From the NCBI GenBank assembly GCA_036505355.1, contig DASXTP010000105.1, positions 2,613 to 66,612 on the forward strand: 64,000 nt of DNA. Reading direction: 5' to 3'. The notes beneath the pieces were generated by a model, which was not told the DNA's origin, made no database searches, and saw only the letters and a list, made by a program, of their open reading frames with translations. Position numbers and translations under genes: made by a program. Positions 1 through 8,744 of the stretch are shown piece by piece. The number at the start of each line of letters is the position of its first letter. The first letter of the stretch is position 1. Source of the DNA: Candidatus Eiseniibacteriota bacterium (GTDB taxonomy: Bacteria > Eisenbacteria > RBG-16-71-46).

Positions 1-216
1 GAAAGCACGTGCCGAGATCGGCGTCCGGGGTCCAGCCCGGGCGTCCCAGCTCTCCCCACCACGCCGGAAGGTCCGGCAGCGCGCTGTCGATGAGCCTCGT
101 GCGGTCGGCCGGAGCGATCTCCGCCCGCGCCGAGCCGCCGCAGCCGGCGAACGCTCCGACGATCGTCGCGGCGGCTAGAGCGACAGCCGTTCGGCGTAGC
201 GCGCGAACACGGTGGT
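1..216 (-). CDS. partial lipoprotein CDS (N-terminal part; gene continues beyond the left edge of the window)
   Basis: GTG at 216..214 gives MFALRRTAVALAAATIVGAFAGCGGSA, a textbook lipoprotein signal peptide with lipobox FAGC. The frame keeps high GC3 to the window edge. It overlaps the 3' end of the neighbouring ORF by about 40 nt. Confidence 0.4.
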
Positions 217-777
217 GAGCGGCGTGCCGAGCGCGACGAACAGCACCAAGTTGTAGCCGATGTGCCATAGGGAGAACGGAACACCCGCCAGGAGCCAGGT
301 TCGCACTTGTCCGAAGACCAGACCGGTGGCCAGGTTGGTGAGAACATCGTAGAGGGCGGTGACCACCACCGCCGCCACCGCCAGCCAGGCCGCGCGGATT
401 CCGGTGGAGCGAGTCGGGCCACCACCGCCGGCGAACCACGCCCCCGCCACGCCCGCCGCGGCGCAGCCCAGAACCTGCGCGAGCATCACCAGCGGATGGG
501 CGGGCCCATACGGATTGAGCAGCGTGTACACCAGCATGGTCAGCCCGCCGACCAGCGCGCCATCGCGACCTCCGAGCAACACCCCCGAGCAAAACACAAC
601 CAGCGTCAGGACCTCGAGATTGGGAATCGACTCGGCGTAGACACCGGTGAGCCCCGCAGCGATCAGCAGGGCGGCGTAGGAGAGCCGGCGCGACGTGTAC
701 GGGTGGCGTGCGATCGCCGGGTGCCTCCGTCGGGGTGGGTGCGAGACGGTGCGGCAGCGGATCCGGCCGTGGCCCAC
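175..777 (-). CDS. polytopic membrane protein (ECF-transporter S-component/BioY-like fold suspected; true start probably internal, around 700)
   Basis: The ORF encodes several hydrophobic helices (LSYAALLIAAGLTGVY, LVVFCSGVLLGG, LAVAAVVVTALYDVL, LVLFVALGTPL). No catalytic motifs. The Arg-rich N-terminal 25 aa look like non-coding extension. Confidence 0.45.
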   Translation of the reverse strand: MGHGRIRCRTVSHPPRRRHPAIARHPYTSRRLSYAALLIAAGLTGVYAESIPNLEVLTLVVFCSGVLLGGRDGALVGGLTMLVYTLLNPYGPAHPLVMLAQVLGCAAAGVAGAWFAGGGGPTRSTGIRAAWLAVAAVVVTALYDVLTNLATGLVFGQVRTWLLAGVPFSLWHIGYNLVLFVALGTPLTTVFARYAERLSL

Positions 778-871
778 GAGCGTCCGCGACCGGCGCCCAA
801 GATAGCCGCCGGCCGCGGGAACGTCAACGCGGCTGATCGACTATTGACCTACGCGTAGGTAATGCAATGGG

Positions 872-1432
872 TCAGGCACGCAAGAACGGCAGTCCCGTGC
901 ATGTGATGCAGCCACGGAGCTGGCGCTGCGATCGGCGGCAGGCCTCCAGCGCCTCGATCAGGTCGAGCGCGAGCGCATAGCGATCGTCGGGGCTGCCGTT
1001 GGCGAGCTGCTTCTTGGTGAGGGTCCAGACCTGCTCGTCGGGGTTGAGTTCCGGTGCATAGGCCGGGAAGGACTCGAGGCGGAGTCGCGGCAGGCGCCGG
1101 CACAGGGCGTGGGCCACCGGGCGGCGATGAAGCCGCAGGCGGTCCCAGAGCACGATCACCGGGCCACGGAGATGGCGCAGCAAGTGGGAGAGGAAGCCGC
1201 AGACCTCGATCTGGCGGAGGTTGTGATGGTGCCACTGGTAGTAGAGGCCGAGTCGCTGACGGATCGGGCTGACCGAGAGGCCGGAGATGACCGAGATGCG
1301 GTCGTGGCGATCCCAGTGGCGCAGGAGCGGCGTCTGGCCGCGCGGCGCCCAGGTGCGGAGCACGGTGGGCGCCAGCATGAAGCCCGATTCGTCTACGAAG
1401 ACGAGGTGGGCCCCCAGCCGAAGGGCGTTTTT
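872..1432 (-). pseudogene. IS630-family transposase, C-terminal (DDE) fragment only
   Basis: LVFVDESGF and FPAYAPELNPDEQVW are IS630/Tc1-mariner DDE signatures. The N-terminal HTH half is missing. The frame is closed by TAA at an A7 run (1428-1434). Confidence 0.7.
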
Positions 1433-1435
1433 TTA

Positions 1436-1738
1436 CCCGCGGCCAGGTGTTGCGCTTCCAGCGCGCGATCGCCGGTTCGTCCCGCTCGCGCGCGCGCCGC
1501 TTGTGAACAGCCAGGTCTTTGCCCGTGATCGATCGCGAAGCTGGTGGCCCTTCGAACCCCAGATCAGGAACGTCTGCTGGGTCAAGTCACTTGCGTCGGC
1601 CTCCGAGCGCGTCAGACTGAGCGCGAACCGGTAGAGCGACGCGTGGTGCGCCCGGACAAGGTCCTCGAACTCGGTTTCCAGGCGAGTCTCATTGCGTGCA
1701 CTGGACGTATGAGACACCTGAGCCTCTCTTGTTCCCAC
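1436..1738 (-). pseudogene. ECF sigma-70 factor, N-terminal region-2 fragment (truncated by the IS630 remnant)
   Basis: LYRFALSLTRSEADASDLTQQTFLIWGSKGHQL is a classic ECF sigma region 2. Regions 3-4 are absent. The ORF abuts the transposase fragment. Confidence 0.6.
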
Positions 1739-1783
1739 TTGAGTCGCGAATGCCGTCTGTCCGCGTGGAACTTCCGCGGGACC

Positions 1784-2260
1784 TCAGGGCTGAGGAGGGC
1801 CCGCCACCGTGAGCGTCCGCAAATAGTCCACCACATTCAGGATCTGCCGCTCATTGAGCGTGTGCCCCCACGGGGGCATCCCGGTGGAGAGCCCGACCGC
1901 GCCACCACCGGAGCGGATCGCGGCCAGCAGATCGGCATCGGAGTGCCTCGCCTGGAAGCTCGAATCGGCCAGCGACCGGGGCCGCGGGTCAAGGTTGTAG
2001 GCATTGAAGCCGTCGCCCTTCCCGGCCTCGCCGTGGCAGTTCAGACAGTAGTGGCGATAGAGCGACCGACCTTCGCGGGCGTTGTATCCGAGTTCAGGGA
2101 TCGGCAAGATCGACGCGGAGTAGATCGCGCCAGCACTGTCGGCCGTCGTTGACTCGGCCGCCGTCGGCGCCCGCGTGGTACCGGTGCCACGACAGCCACC
2201 GCCGGCCCACGCCAACACCGCAGCCATCACCACCCCCGACGCGCACAGGCCGCGCCTCAT
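1784..2260 (-). CDS. monoheme c-type cytochrome (class I), secreted/lipoprotein-like
   Basis: Signal-like N-terminus MRRGLCASGVVMAAVLAWAGGGC. Single CLNCH heme motif and a later Met-containing region. ATGA start/stop overlap with the upstream octaheme cytochrome gene. Confidence 0.7.
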   Translation of the reverse strand: MRRGLCASGVVMAAVLAWAGGGCRGTGTTRAPTAAESTTADSAGAIYSASILPIPELGYNAREGRSLYRHYCLNCHGEAGKGDGFNAYNLDPRPRSLADSSFQARHSDADLLAAIRSGGGAVGLSTGMPPWGHTLNERQILNVVDYLRTLTVAGPPQP

Positions 2261-4314
2261 CGCCGCTTTTCTCCCCACCGTGCAGCCGGCTTGGCGGACG
2301 TAGCCGCGCCGTGCCCCACCGTTAGGGGCGGGATCGACGCCACGTACGCAGTCAGCGCACGGGCATCGGCGTCGTCGAGTCCGTAGTCGGGCTCGCGTGC
2401 GTCGGCCCGCCAGCGCTGCGGGGCCTTCAACCAGGAATAGATCCAGCCCGTCTTCAGCCGTTGGCCGGCCCCATCGAGGACAGGGCCATAGAAGCCCCCC
2501 CTGCCGCCGATCATGTGGCAGGCCTGACAGCCGTAACGCTCGTGGAAGAGTTTCCTCCCCCGCTCGACCTCCTCGGCTGCCGATGCGGCCGGGAGGATCT
2601 CTCCGGGGATGCTGTCGTTGCGCAACACGTTTTCGACGAAGCTGGCGATGAACGTCCGCTGGTCGTCGGGCATCTGAAGCTGGATCATTCGTTCTTCGAG
2701 GATCGGCCTGACCGTCGTCGGTAGCTTGAGGTAGCCGGCGAGCCAGCTCTCGCGCACCTTGCTCCCCTCGGCCGTGAGCGGCGCAGTGGAGATGTCGCCG
2801 CCTACTCCGCCGATCTGGTGACACGACATGCACCGGTACTGGCGCACCAGCTCCCCGAAGTGACCCGGAGGGGTATACGAAGTCTCGTGCACCGGCACCT
2901 GGTAGGCCACAGGGACCGGCACGCGCCCGATGGAGAGGAGCGCCGTCGTCAGCGCGTCCGTCTCGTGCTCGGTGAAGCCGAAACGAGGCATCTTCAGCCC
3001 GTCGCGGAACGAGCGTGGGTTGGTGATCTTGGCCGCGAGCCAGTCGGGCAGCCTGCGAGGTAGGTCGTCTCGCCGACCGAAATCGAGCCGGCCGACCGGT
3101 TTGTCCCCGATCCCAGTCAGCTCCGGACCAATCGCCGCTCCCTGACTGTGGCCGCCGATCTGGTGGCAGCCGTTGCAGCCCGCGCGGCGGAAGATGGCCT
3201 CACCTGCCTGCACCACGCGGTCGGCGGAGCGAATGCCCGGCGCGGGCGCCGGTGCCGACGCATCCGTGAATTCCTGAATCATGTAGTCGGCGAGGTCGGC
3301 CACGTCTGACCCACCGAAGTGATACCGCGGCATCTTCGTGTCGGGATAGAAGCGCTGCGGATCGGCGAGGAAGGCGACGAGCCAGCGGCGGGACACCTTG
3401 GACCCGACCCCTGATAACTCCGGCGCGCTCCCATTCCCCCGACCTTCGACGGTGTGGCACGAGATGCACCGCGAGGTCGAGAACAGAAGCTTGCCATGGT
3501 CCGCATTGCCCGACGCGACCACGGCGGTCGATTCGGCGTCGAGATCAACGCGCGGCGGGCGGCTCCACAGGAATGCCACCACCGAATCGATCTCGGCGGC
3601 GGTGAGCAGGAAATCAGGCATCCATGTCGAGGGTCGCAGGGACCTGGGCGACCGGATCCACGCTGCGAGCCACGCCGGATTGGTCTTCTGCGACAGCCCG
3701 GCGAGGTCGGGCGCTTCGCTCTTCCAGCCCTCGTGGCCCGCGACCTTGTGGCAGCCGAAGCAGCCCACCCGCGCCATGAGCCCGCGCCCCTCCGATAGGA
3801 GTGAGGCTTCGGGCACGGTATCGCCAGGATGACAGCGGCCACACGCTGCTTCGGTGTAGCGCACCGGGAGGATCGGCGAACTCCAGTCGGGTACGCGGCC
3901 GTGCGCCTCGGCCACGGTGGTCGCGCGCCCTTGCCCCAGATGACAGGCGACGCATCCGAACCGGTCGAGATCCCCGGGCGTGTGCGGCGTGCGCGGGTGC
4001 TGGCGGAACGGCTCGGGGGCCCCGGCCATGCGTGGCTCCTCGACGCCGAGGTGGCAGCTGACGCAGCGGTCGACATGATTGTCGAGCGCGGGCAGCCAAA
4101 TCTGGCGCACGCCCACCCCGCGCGTCTGGGCCTGCTTCAACTCCTTGAGCGAGGCCGCAGAGTGTAGCAGCCGCTGCCGATACTCATTCTGGTAGCGACG
4201 GTACTCGCGGAAGTAGTCCTTGATCGGTGAGATCGCCAGCACAAGGAGGAAGGTCACGCTGGAGACACCGAACCAGAACCACAGCCGGTCCGACGATGGC
4301 CCGGGCGAGTTCAC
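2257..4314 (-). CDS. membrane-anchored octaheme c-type cytochrome (cytochrome c subunit of the bc complex)
   Basis: GTG start preceded by GGAGGA and overlapping the subunit IV stop (GTGA). N-terminal TM helix (LWFWFGVSSVTFLLVLAI). Eight CxxCH motifs: CVSCH, CVACH, CGRCH, CFGCH, CISCH, CNGCH, CMSCH, CQACH. The last four lie in GxxLFxxxxCxxCH class-I-like modules. Confidence 0.75.
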   Translation of the reverse strand: MNSPGPSSDRLWFWFGVSSVTFLLVLAISPIKDYFREYRRYQNEYRQRLLHSAASLKELKQAQTRGVGVRQIWLPALDNHVDRCVSCHLGVEEPRMAGAPEPFRQHPRTPHTPGDLDRFGCVACHLGQGRATTVAEAHGRVPDWSSPILPVRYTEAACGRCHPGDTVPEASLLSEGRGLMARVGCFGCHKVAGHEGWKSEAPDLAGLSQKTNPAWLAAWIRSPRSLRPSTWMPDFLLTAAEIDSVVAFLWSRPPRVDLDAESTAVVASGNADHGKLLFSTSRCISCHTVEGRGNGSAPELSGVGSKVSRRWLVAFLADPQRFYPDTKMPRYHFGGSDVADLADYMIQEFTDASAPAPAPGIRSADRVVQAGEAIFRRAGCNGCHQIGGHSQGAAIGPELTGIGDKPVGRLDFGRRDDLPRRLPDWLAAKITNPRSFRDGLKMPRFGFTEHETDALTTALLSIGRVPVPVAYQVPVHETSYTPPGHFGELVRQYRCMSCHQIGGVGGDISTAPLTAEGSKVRESWLAGYLKLPTTVRPILEERMIQLQMPDDQRTFIASFVENVLRNDSIPGEILPAASAAEEVERGRKLFHERYGCQACHMIGGRGGFYGPVLDGAGQRLKTGWIYSWLKAPQRWRADAREPDYGLDDADARALTAYVASIPPLTVGHGAATSAKPAARWGEKRR

Positions 4315-5011
4315 AGGTGGACTCCTCCCTGCCACGGCCAGATCCACCTCCACCCGGGACCGCGGAAGAAGGTGCCGATCAGGGTGAGAGTGACCGCCAC
4401 GGTGACGAACCATGTCATGATCCAGTCGCTGATCGTCACGCGGACGAGCCGTCGCCTCCACCATGGGGGACAGGGCGGCAGCGAGGGCAGCAACATCGAC
4501 GAAAAGAGCAAGACCGTCGGCACGAGCACCGCCCATACGCGCCAGGCCACGAGGAAGGCCACGATCGCCGCGGCCACGGTGGTCAGCCACGCCAGCCGCC
4601 GTCGCGAGGGAGCCTCGAGGAAACCCCGGTCCTCGAGATTCGTTCGGAAGTAAGGGATCACCACCATCGCGACCACCACCATCCCCGGGATCAGCACGCC
4701 GGCGACGACCGGCGGGAAGTAGTGGAGCAACTCCTGAAGTCCGAGGAAGTACCAGGGCGCCTTGGCGGGGTTGGGCGTATTGGTCGGGTCGGCGATACCC
4801 TCGAGCGGAGAATCGAAGAAGAGCGACAGCAGCGCCATCGCGATCACGCAGACCTGGATCAGGATGACCTCGCGCAGCAGCAGATGCGGCGCCGTCATCA
4901 CGGTTTCGTCCTGGTCGAAGAGGACGCGGGCGGCGGTCTCGGGGCGGAGGATTGCCAGCCGTTTCGGCGTCGCCGTGGCGTCGCTGCTCGGCTCCAGCCG
5001 GTACTCGGTCA
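4311..5011 (-). CDS. petD: cytochrome b6-f complex subunit IV-like (cytochrome b C-terminal domain)
   Basis: PWYFLGLQELL motif and 3 TM helices. Separate gene directly downstream of the cytochrome b6 N-terminal domain gene (ATGA overlap), i.e. a split cytochrome b as in b6f-type complexes. Confidence 0.8.
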
Positions 5012-5755
5012 TGCTTCCTCCCTGCGAAGGGGAGCCGTGCGACACGACCCGGCGAGGCCGCCGTCCTTGCGCACCCGCCAGAGATGGAGCCCGACCAGGA
5101 ACACCAGCGCCAGCGGCAGGATGACGCAGTGAAGCACGTAGAAGCGGAGGAGGGCATTTTCGCCGACGATGTTGCCGCCCAGCAGCAGATAACGGAACTG
5201 CGGCCCGATGACCGGCATCGCCTTCACCATGTTCGTGCCGACCGAGACCGCCCAGAAGGCGAGCTGGTCCCACGGTAGGAGATAGCCGGTGTAGCTCAAG
5301 AGCAGCGTCAGCAGCAAGAGGGCGACGCCGATTACCCAGTTGAACTCGCGCGGTGGGCGGTAGGCCTTGTGATAGAAGACGCGCAGCATGTGCAGGAAGA
5401 CGACGATCACCATCGCGTGCGCGGGCCAGCGGTGCAGGTTGCGGAGGAACATGCCGTTGCTCACCGTGAACTGCAGCTCTTTCATATCGTGGTAGGCCTG
5501 TGGCACCGAGGGGTGGTAGTAGAGCATCAGCAGGAGGCCGGTGGCGGTGAGGATCGCGAACAGGATCAGGCCAACGGCCCCGAGGTAGTACGTGCTCGAG
5601 CCTTCGAGGCTGCGCCGCCGCACCTTGGCCGAGTGCAGGTGCAGGGTGAGACTTTCCATCACCACCATCACGCGGTTGCGGTTCGTGGCCCGGATACCGT
5701 GGCGGACCACGGAGCGCCACACACGGCTCTCGGTGATCGACTCCGGTAGCTTCAT
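5009..5755 (-). CDS. petB: cytochrome b6 (cytochrome b N-terminal domain)
   Basis: Four-helix bundle with conserved His pairs ([19 protein letters not shown]) and the WDQLAFW motif typical of cytochrome b/b6. Confidence 0.85.
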   Translation of the reverse strand: MKLPESITESRVWRSVVRHGIRATNRNRVMVVMESLTLHLHSAKVRRRSLEGSSTYYLGAVGLILFAILTATGLLLMLYYHPSVPQAYHDMKELQFTVSNGMFLRNLHRWPAHAMVIVVFLHMLRVFYHKAYRPPREFNWVIGVALLLLTLLLSYTGYLLPWDQLAFWAVSVGTNMVKAMPVIGPQFRYLLLGGNIVGENALLRFYVLHCVILPLALVFLVGLHLWRVRKDGGLAGSCRTAPLRREEA

Positions 5756-5764
5756 CTCGTCCTC

Positions 5765-6244
5765 TCAGAACCGGTCGGTGGTGCCCGCCGGAACCTCTAC
5801 CGCCGTGTCCACGATCAGCTCTCCCTTTTCGGAGAGGCTCATCTGCAACCAGCGGAGGGGGCGCGGCGCGGGTCCCGCGACGACGTCGCCGGCGAGCGTG
5901 AACTGGCTGCCGTGGCAGGGACAGGCGATGATGTTCCGGTCGGGCTGGAAGCGCGTGATGCATCCGAGGTGGGTGCACACGGCCGACAGCGCCCGGAATC
6001 CTTCCGCGATTCGGATCACGTAGGCGCGCTGCTCCACGTTGGTCACCACCGATCCAACCTCGATCGCCTCTGGCGGCCCGGCGGAGAACGCAGTGGGCGG
6101 CTCAAACAGCACGCGCGGCCGGAGGAAGTCGACCAGCACCACGCCTGCACCACCGGCCGCCACGGCACAGGCAGTCAGCCCGGCGGCAACGCAGAAATCG
6201 CGGCGTGTGATTGGCGGTACGTTGGCGACGTCGGCGTCAGACAT
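5765..6244 (-). CDS. petC: Rieske [2Fe-2S] iron-sulfur protein with Tat signal
   Basis: Twin-arginine motif ITRRDFCVAAG. Rieske boxes CTHLGC and CPCHGS. Confidence 0.85.
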   Translation of the reverse strand: MSDADVANVPPITRRDFCVAAGLTACAVAAGGAGVVLVDFLRPRVLFEPPTAFSAGPPEAIEVGSVVTNVEQRAYVIRIAEGFRALSAVCTHLGCITRFQPDRNIIACPCHGSQFTLAGDVVAGPAPRPLRWLQMSLSEKGELIVDTAVEVPAGTTDRF

Positions 6245-8111
6245 GGGCCGGCTCCAGCAGCCGGAACTGCTCCATGGTGATGGTCCCCGCTGGGCAGCGA
6301 TCGGCACAAAGTCCACATCGGATGCAGACCGTCTCGTCTTTGATCAACGCAGTGCCCGAGCCACCTTGCTTGGCGAGCAGCGCCGCAGCGGTCTCCCCGT
6401 GTTCCGTGCGCACCAGATCCCGCAGCGCCGGATCGGCCGCGAGCTCCGACAGCGGCAGGAAGCTGATGCAATCCTCCGGACACACGTCGGCGCAGCCGCC
6501 GCACAGGATGCACTCGGTGCCCTGCTCCGCATCTTCGTGAAACACGGTGTTGACCCAGCAGTGGAAGCAGCGCGAGGCCTCGCGTTGCGCGTCCGCCTCC
6601 GAGAAACATTGCTCGATTTCAGCGATGCCGACCCGCCGCTCGATCGGCAGGGCCGGTGGACGCTGGCGAGGCACACCCTCGTAATCCAGCACGCGCCGGT
6701 ATCCGGGCAACGGTTCGATGAGCACTTCCTCAGGCGGCAGCGGGAGTGCAGAACCGCGTAGATAGGTGTGGATCGAAGCGGCGGCCTTCTTGCCGTCGGC
6801 GACGGCCTCGATCGCGATGCGTGGTCCGAACGCGGCGTCGCCCCCAGCGTAGATGCCCGGAGCGCTGGTAGCGAGCGTCGTCGGATCCACCTGAAGCGTA
6901 CTGCGCGGCGTCACCGCCACGCCGTCCTCCGGCTGCAGGAACGACAGATCGCAGGCCTGACCGATGGCGAGCACGATCGTGTCCGCCGCGATCGCCAGCT
7001 CGGTGCCGGGTACGAACGTGGGATTGAAGCGGCGCTGGGCGTCGAAGACAGCAGAGCACTCGATGGTCTCGAGACCGGTCACGGAGCCCGCCTCGCCGAG
7101 AATGCGTTGCGGGCCCCGCCCCGGGTGGATCACGATGCCCTCCCGCTGCGCCTCGCGGATCTCCTCGCGGTCGGCCGGCATGGCCTCGAGCGACTCGAGG
7201 CACACGATGTGAACTTCCTTGGCGCCAAAGCGGATCGCGGAGCGCGCGACGTCGAACGCCGTCACGATGTTGAGGCCCGGATGGATGACCTCCTCCCGCG
7301 CCGGAGCCCGCAAGGCGGAACGGGCCACGTCCACCGCGACGTTCCCGCCGCCGACGACCAGCACGCGCCGGCCGAGCTCGACCCGGTAGCCCATGTTGAC
7401 GTTCAGCAGGAAATCCACGCCCTTGAGGACCCCGTCTAGATCGGCGCCGGGAATCTCGAGATCGCGGCTCCGCTGCGCGCCAGGGGCGAGAAAGACGGAC
7501 CGGAAGCCCTGGCGGCGCAGGTCCGACAGCAAGAAATCACGGCCGAGGCGGGCCCCGACCTTGAGTTCGACGCCGAGGTTGAGGATCGCGTTGATCTCGA
7601 GCTTGATCAGCTCGCGCGGCAGACGATATTCGGGGATCCCAAGCCGTAGCATCCCTCCCGGCACCGGCTGAGCTTCGAAGATGGTGACCGGGTAGCCGAG
7701 AAGCGCCAGGTCGTGCGCGGCCGCAAGCCCCGCCGGGCCTGCGCCGATGATCGCCACGCGGTCCTCCGGGTAGCGCCGCAGACGATCACCGTAGATCTCC
7801 TTCAGCAGATCCACGTCCATCATGCTCTCCACGCCGAAGCGCTCGGTGACGAAACGCTTGAGCGCCCGGATGGCAATCGGCTCGTCGAGCGCCCCCCGCC
7901 GGCACGCCGGCTCGCAGGGCGCGGCGCAGATGCGACCACAGATGGACGCGAGCGGATTCGGCCGCCGCGCCACGGCGTAGGCCTCGCGGTACTTCCCCTC
8001 CGCGATCAACGCAACGTAACGCCCGGCCTCCGTGCCGACGGGACAGGCCTTGAAGCAGGGGAAGTTGCTCTCCAGCCACCCCCGGTCGACGAGGCGATCC
8101 GAATCGGACAC
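6237..8111 (-). CDS. NAD(P)H-dependent FAD oxidoreductase of the glutamate-synthase small-subunit (GltD) family fused to 2x[4Fe-4S] ferredoxin domains
   Basis: N-terminal Cys cluster (CFKACP...CGRICAAPCEPAC). Two Rossmann GxGxxG motifs (IIGAGPAGLAAA, VVGGGNVAVD). C-terminal CILCGGCADVCP and CIRCGLCADRCP ferredoxin motifs. Confidence 0.75.
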   Translation of the reverse strand: MSDSDRLVDRGWLESNFPCFKACPVGTEAGRYVALIAEGKYREAYAVARRPNPLASICGRICAAPCEPACRRGALDEPIAIRALKRFVTERFGVESMMDVDLLKEIYGDRLRRYPEDRVAIIGAGPAGLAAAHDLALLGYPVTIFEAQPVPGGMLRLGIPEYRLPRELIKLEINAILNLGVELKVGARLGRDFLLSDLRRQGFRSVFLAPGAQRSRDLEIPGADLDGVLKGVDFLLNVNMGYRVELGRRVLVVGGGNVAVDVARSALRAPAREEVIHPGLNIVTAFDVARSAIRFGAKEVHIVCLESLEAMPADREEIREAQREGIVIHPGRGPQRILGEAGSVTGLETIECSAVFDAQRRFNPTFVPGTELAIAADTIVLAIGQACDLSFLQPEDGVAVTPRSTLQVDPTTLATSAPGIYAGGDAAFGPRIAIEAVADGKKAAASIHTYLRGSALPLPPEEVLIEPLPGYRRVLDYEGVPRQRPPALPIERRVGIAEIEQCFSEADAQREASRCFHCWVNTVFHEDAEQGTECILCGGCADVCPEDCISFLPLSELAADPALRDLVRTEHGETAAALLAKQGGSGTALIKDETVCIRCGLCADRCPAGTITMEQFRLLEPAHV

Positions 8112-8118
8112 CGGATGC

Positions 8119-8709
8119 CTACTTCTTCATCGCGAAGTCGGCCGCTGTCGCCCCCGCGATGGTGACGGTCTTGCCGACCTCGGCTTTGAACCTCGGGTGC
8201 CAGACCTTCACGGTGTAGGCGCCGTCGGGGAGGCCCTTGATGGCATAGGCGCCGGTCTTGTCGGTGACGGCGAACCAGGGGGTCGGAAGCACGACGACGA
8301 AGCCTTCCATCTCGGCGTGCACGTGGCACAGAAGTGTGGCGTTGCATCGCGTCTTGAACGTGTAGCTACGAATCTGCCCCTGCGGCCAGCTCCCCAGGTT
8401 GAACTGCTCGCAACACTTGTCGGGCGAGAAGACGTTGTGGAGGACCTGGTCGCCATTGAGGAAGTCGACCGTGGTCCCCATCAGCACGGGTAGGACGTGG
8501 GGCGTGAACACCAGGTTCTTCTGATTCATCTTGGCGTGAGTCGTCGGCGCCGGGAACTTTTTCCCGGCGATCGCGTCGATATAGACGACCGCGTCGGCGT
8601 TGTTCTTCATGCCGGCCACCGTGACGACCCCTTTGAGCTCCCCTGCCGCCGCGGCCCAAGCCACCACGAACGTCAACACGGCACATCCCATGCCGGACAA
8701 GAGTTTCAT
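8119..8709 (-). CDS. secreted blue copper protein (cupredoxin, type-1 Cu site) with carboxypeptidase-regulatory-like C-terminal segment
   Basis: Signal peptide MKLLSGMGCAVLTFVVAWAAAAG. Putative Cu ligands H (LHNVFS, as in plastocyanin PHNIVF) and C-x2-H-x2-M (LLCHVHAEM, amicyanin-like spacing). C-terminal TGAYAIKGLPDGAYTVKVWHP. Confidence 0.6.
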   Translation of the reverse strand: MKLLSGMGCAVLTFVVAWAAAAGELKGVVTVAGMKNNADAVVYIDAIAGKKFPAPTTHAKMNQKNLVFTPHVLPVLMGTTVDFLNGDQVLHNVFSPDKCCEQFNLGSWPQGQIRSYTFKTRCNATLLCHVHAEMEGFVVVLPTPWFAVTDKTGAYAIKGLPDGAYTVKVWHPRFKAEVGKTVTIAGATAADFAMKK

Positions 8710-8744
8710 GCCTCTTCCTTTCGTCGGTCGGCCGGTGACTGAGA

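Noticed and set aside
845-860. 12-bp perfect palindrome CCTACGCGTAGG just outside the transposase fragment, considered as an IS terminal repeat
   Set aside because: No matching partner repeat was found at the other end, so it cannot be assigned as an inverted-repeat terminus.
872-1738. Sigma-like segment interpreted as the N-terminal HTH domain of the transposase (one gene with programmed frameshift)
   Set aside because: The segment has a canonical ECF sigma region-2 motif rather than the paired/HTH_Tnp fold seen in the intact IS630 transposase at 16279. The shared frame is more plausibly chance.
4311-5978. 555-aa ORF as a single long cytochrome b
   Set aside because: Only the last ~230 aa (subunit-IV-like) are coding. 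The upstream part is antisense-like extension overlapping the separately encoded cytochrome b6 (other frame).
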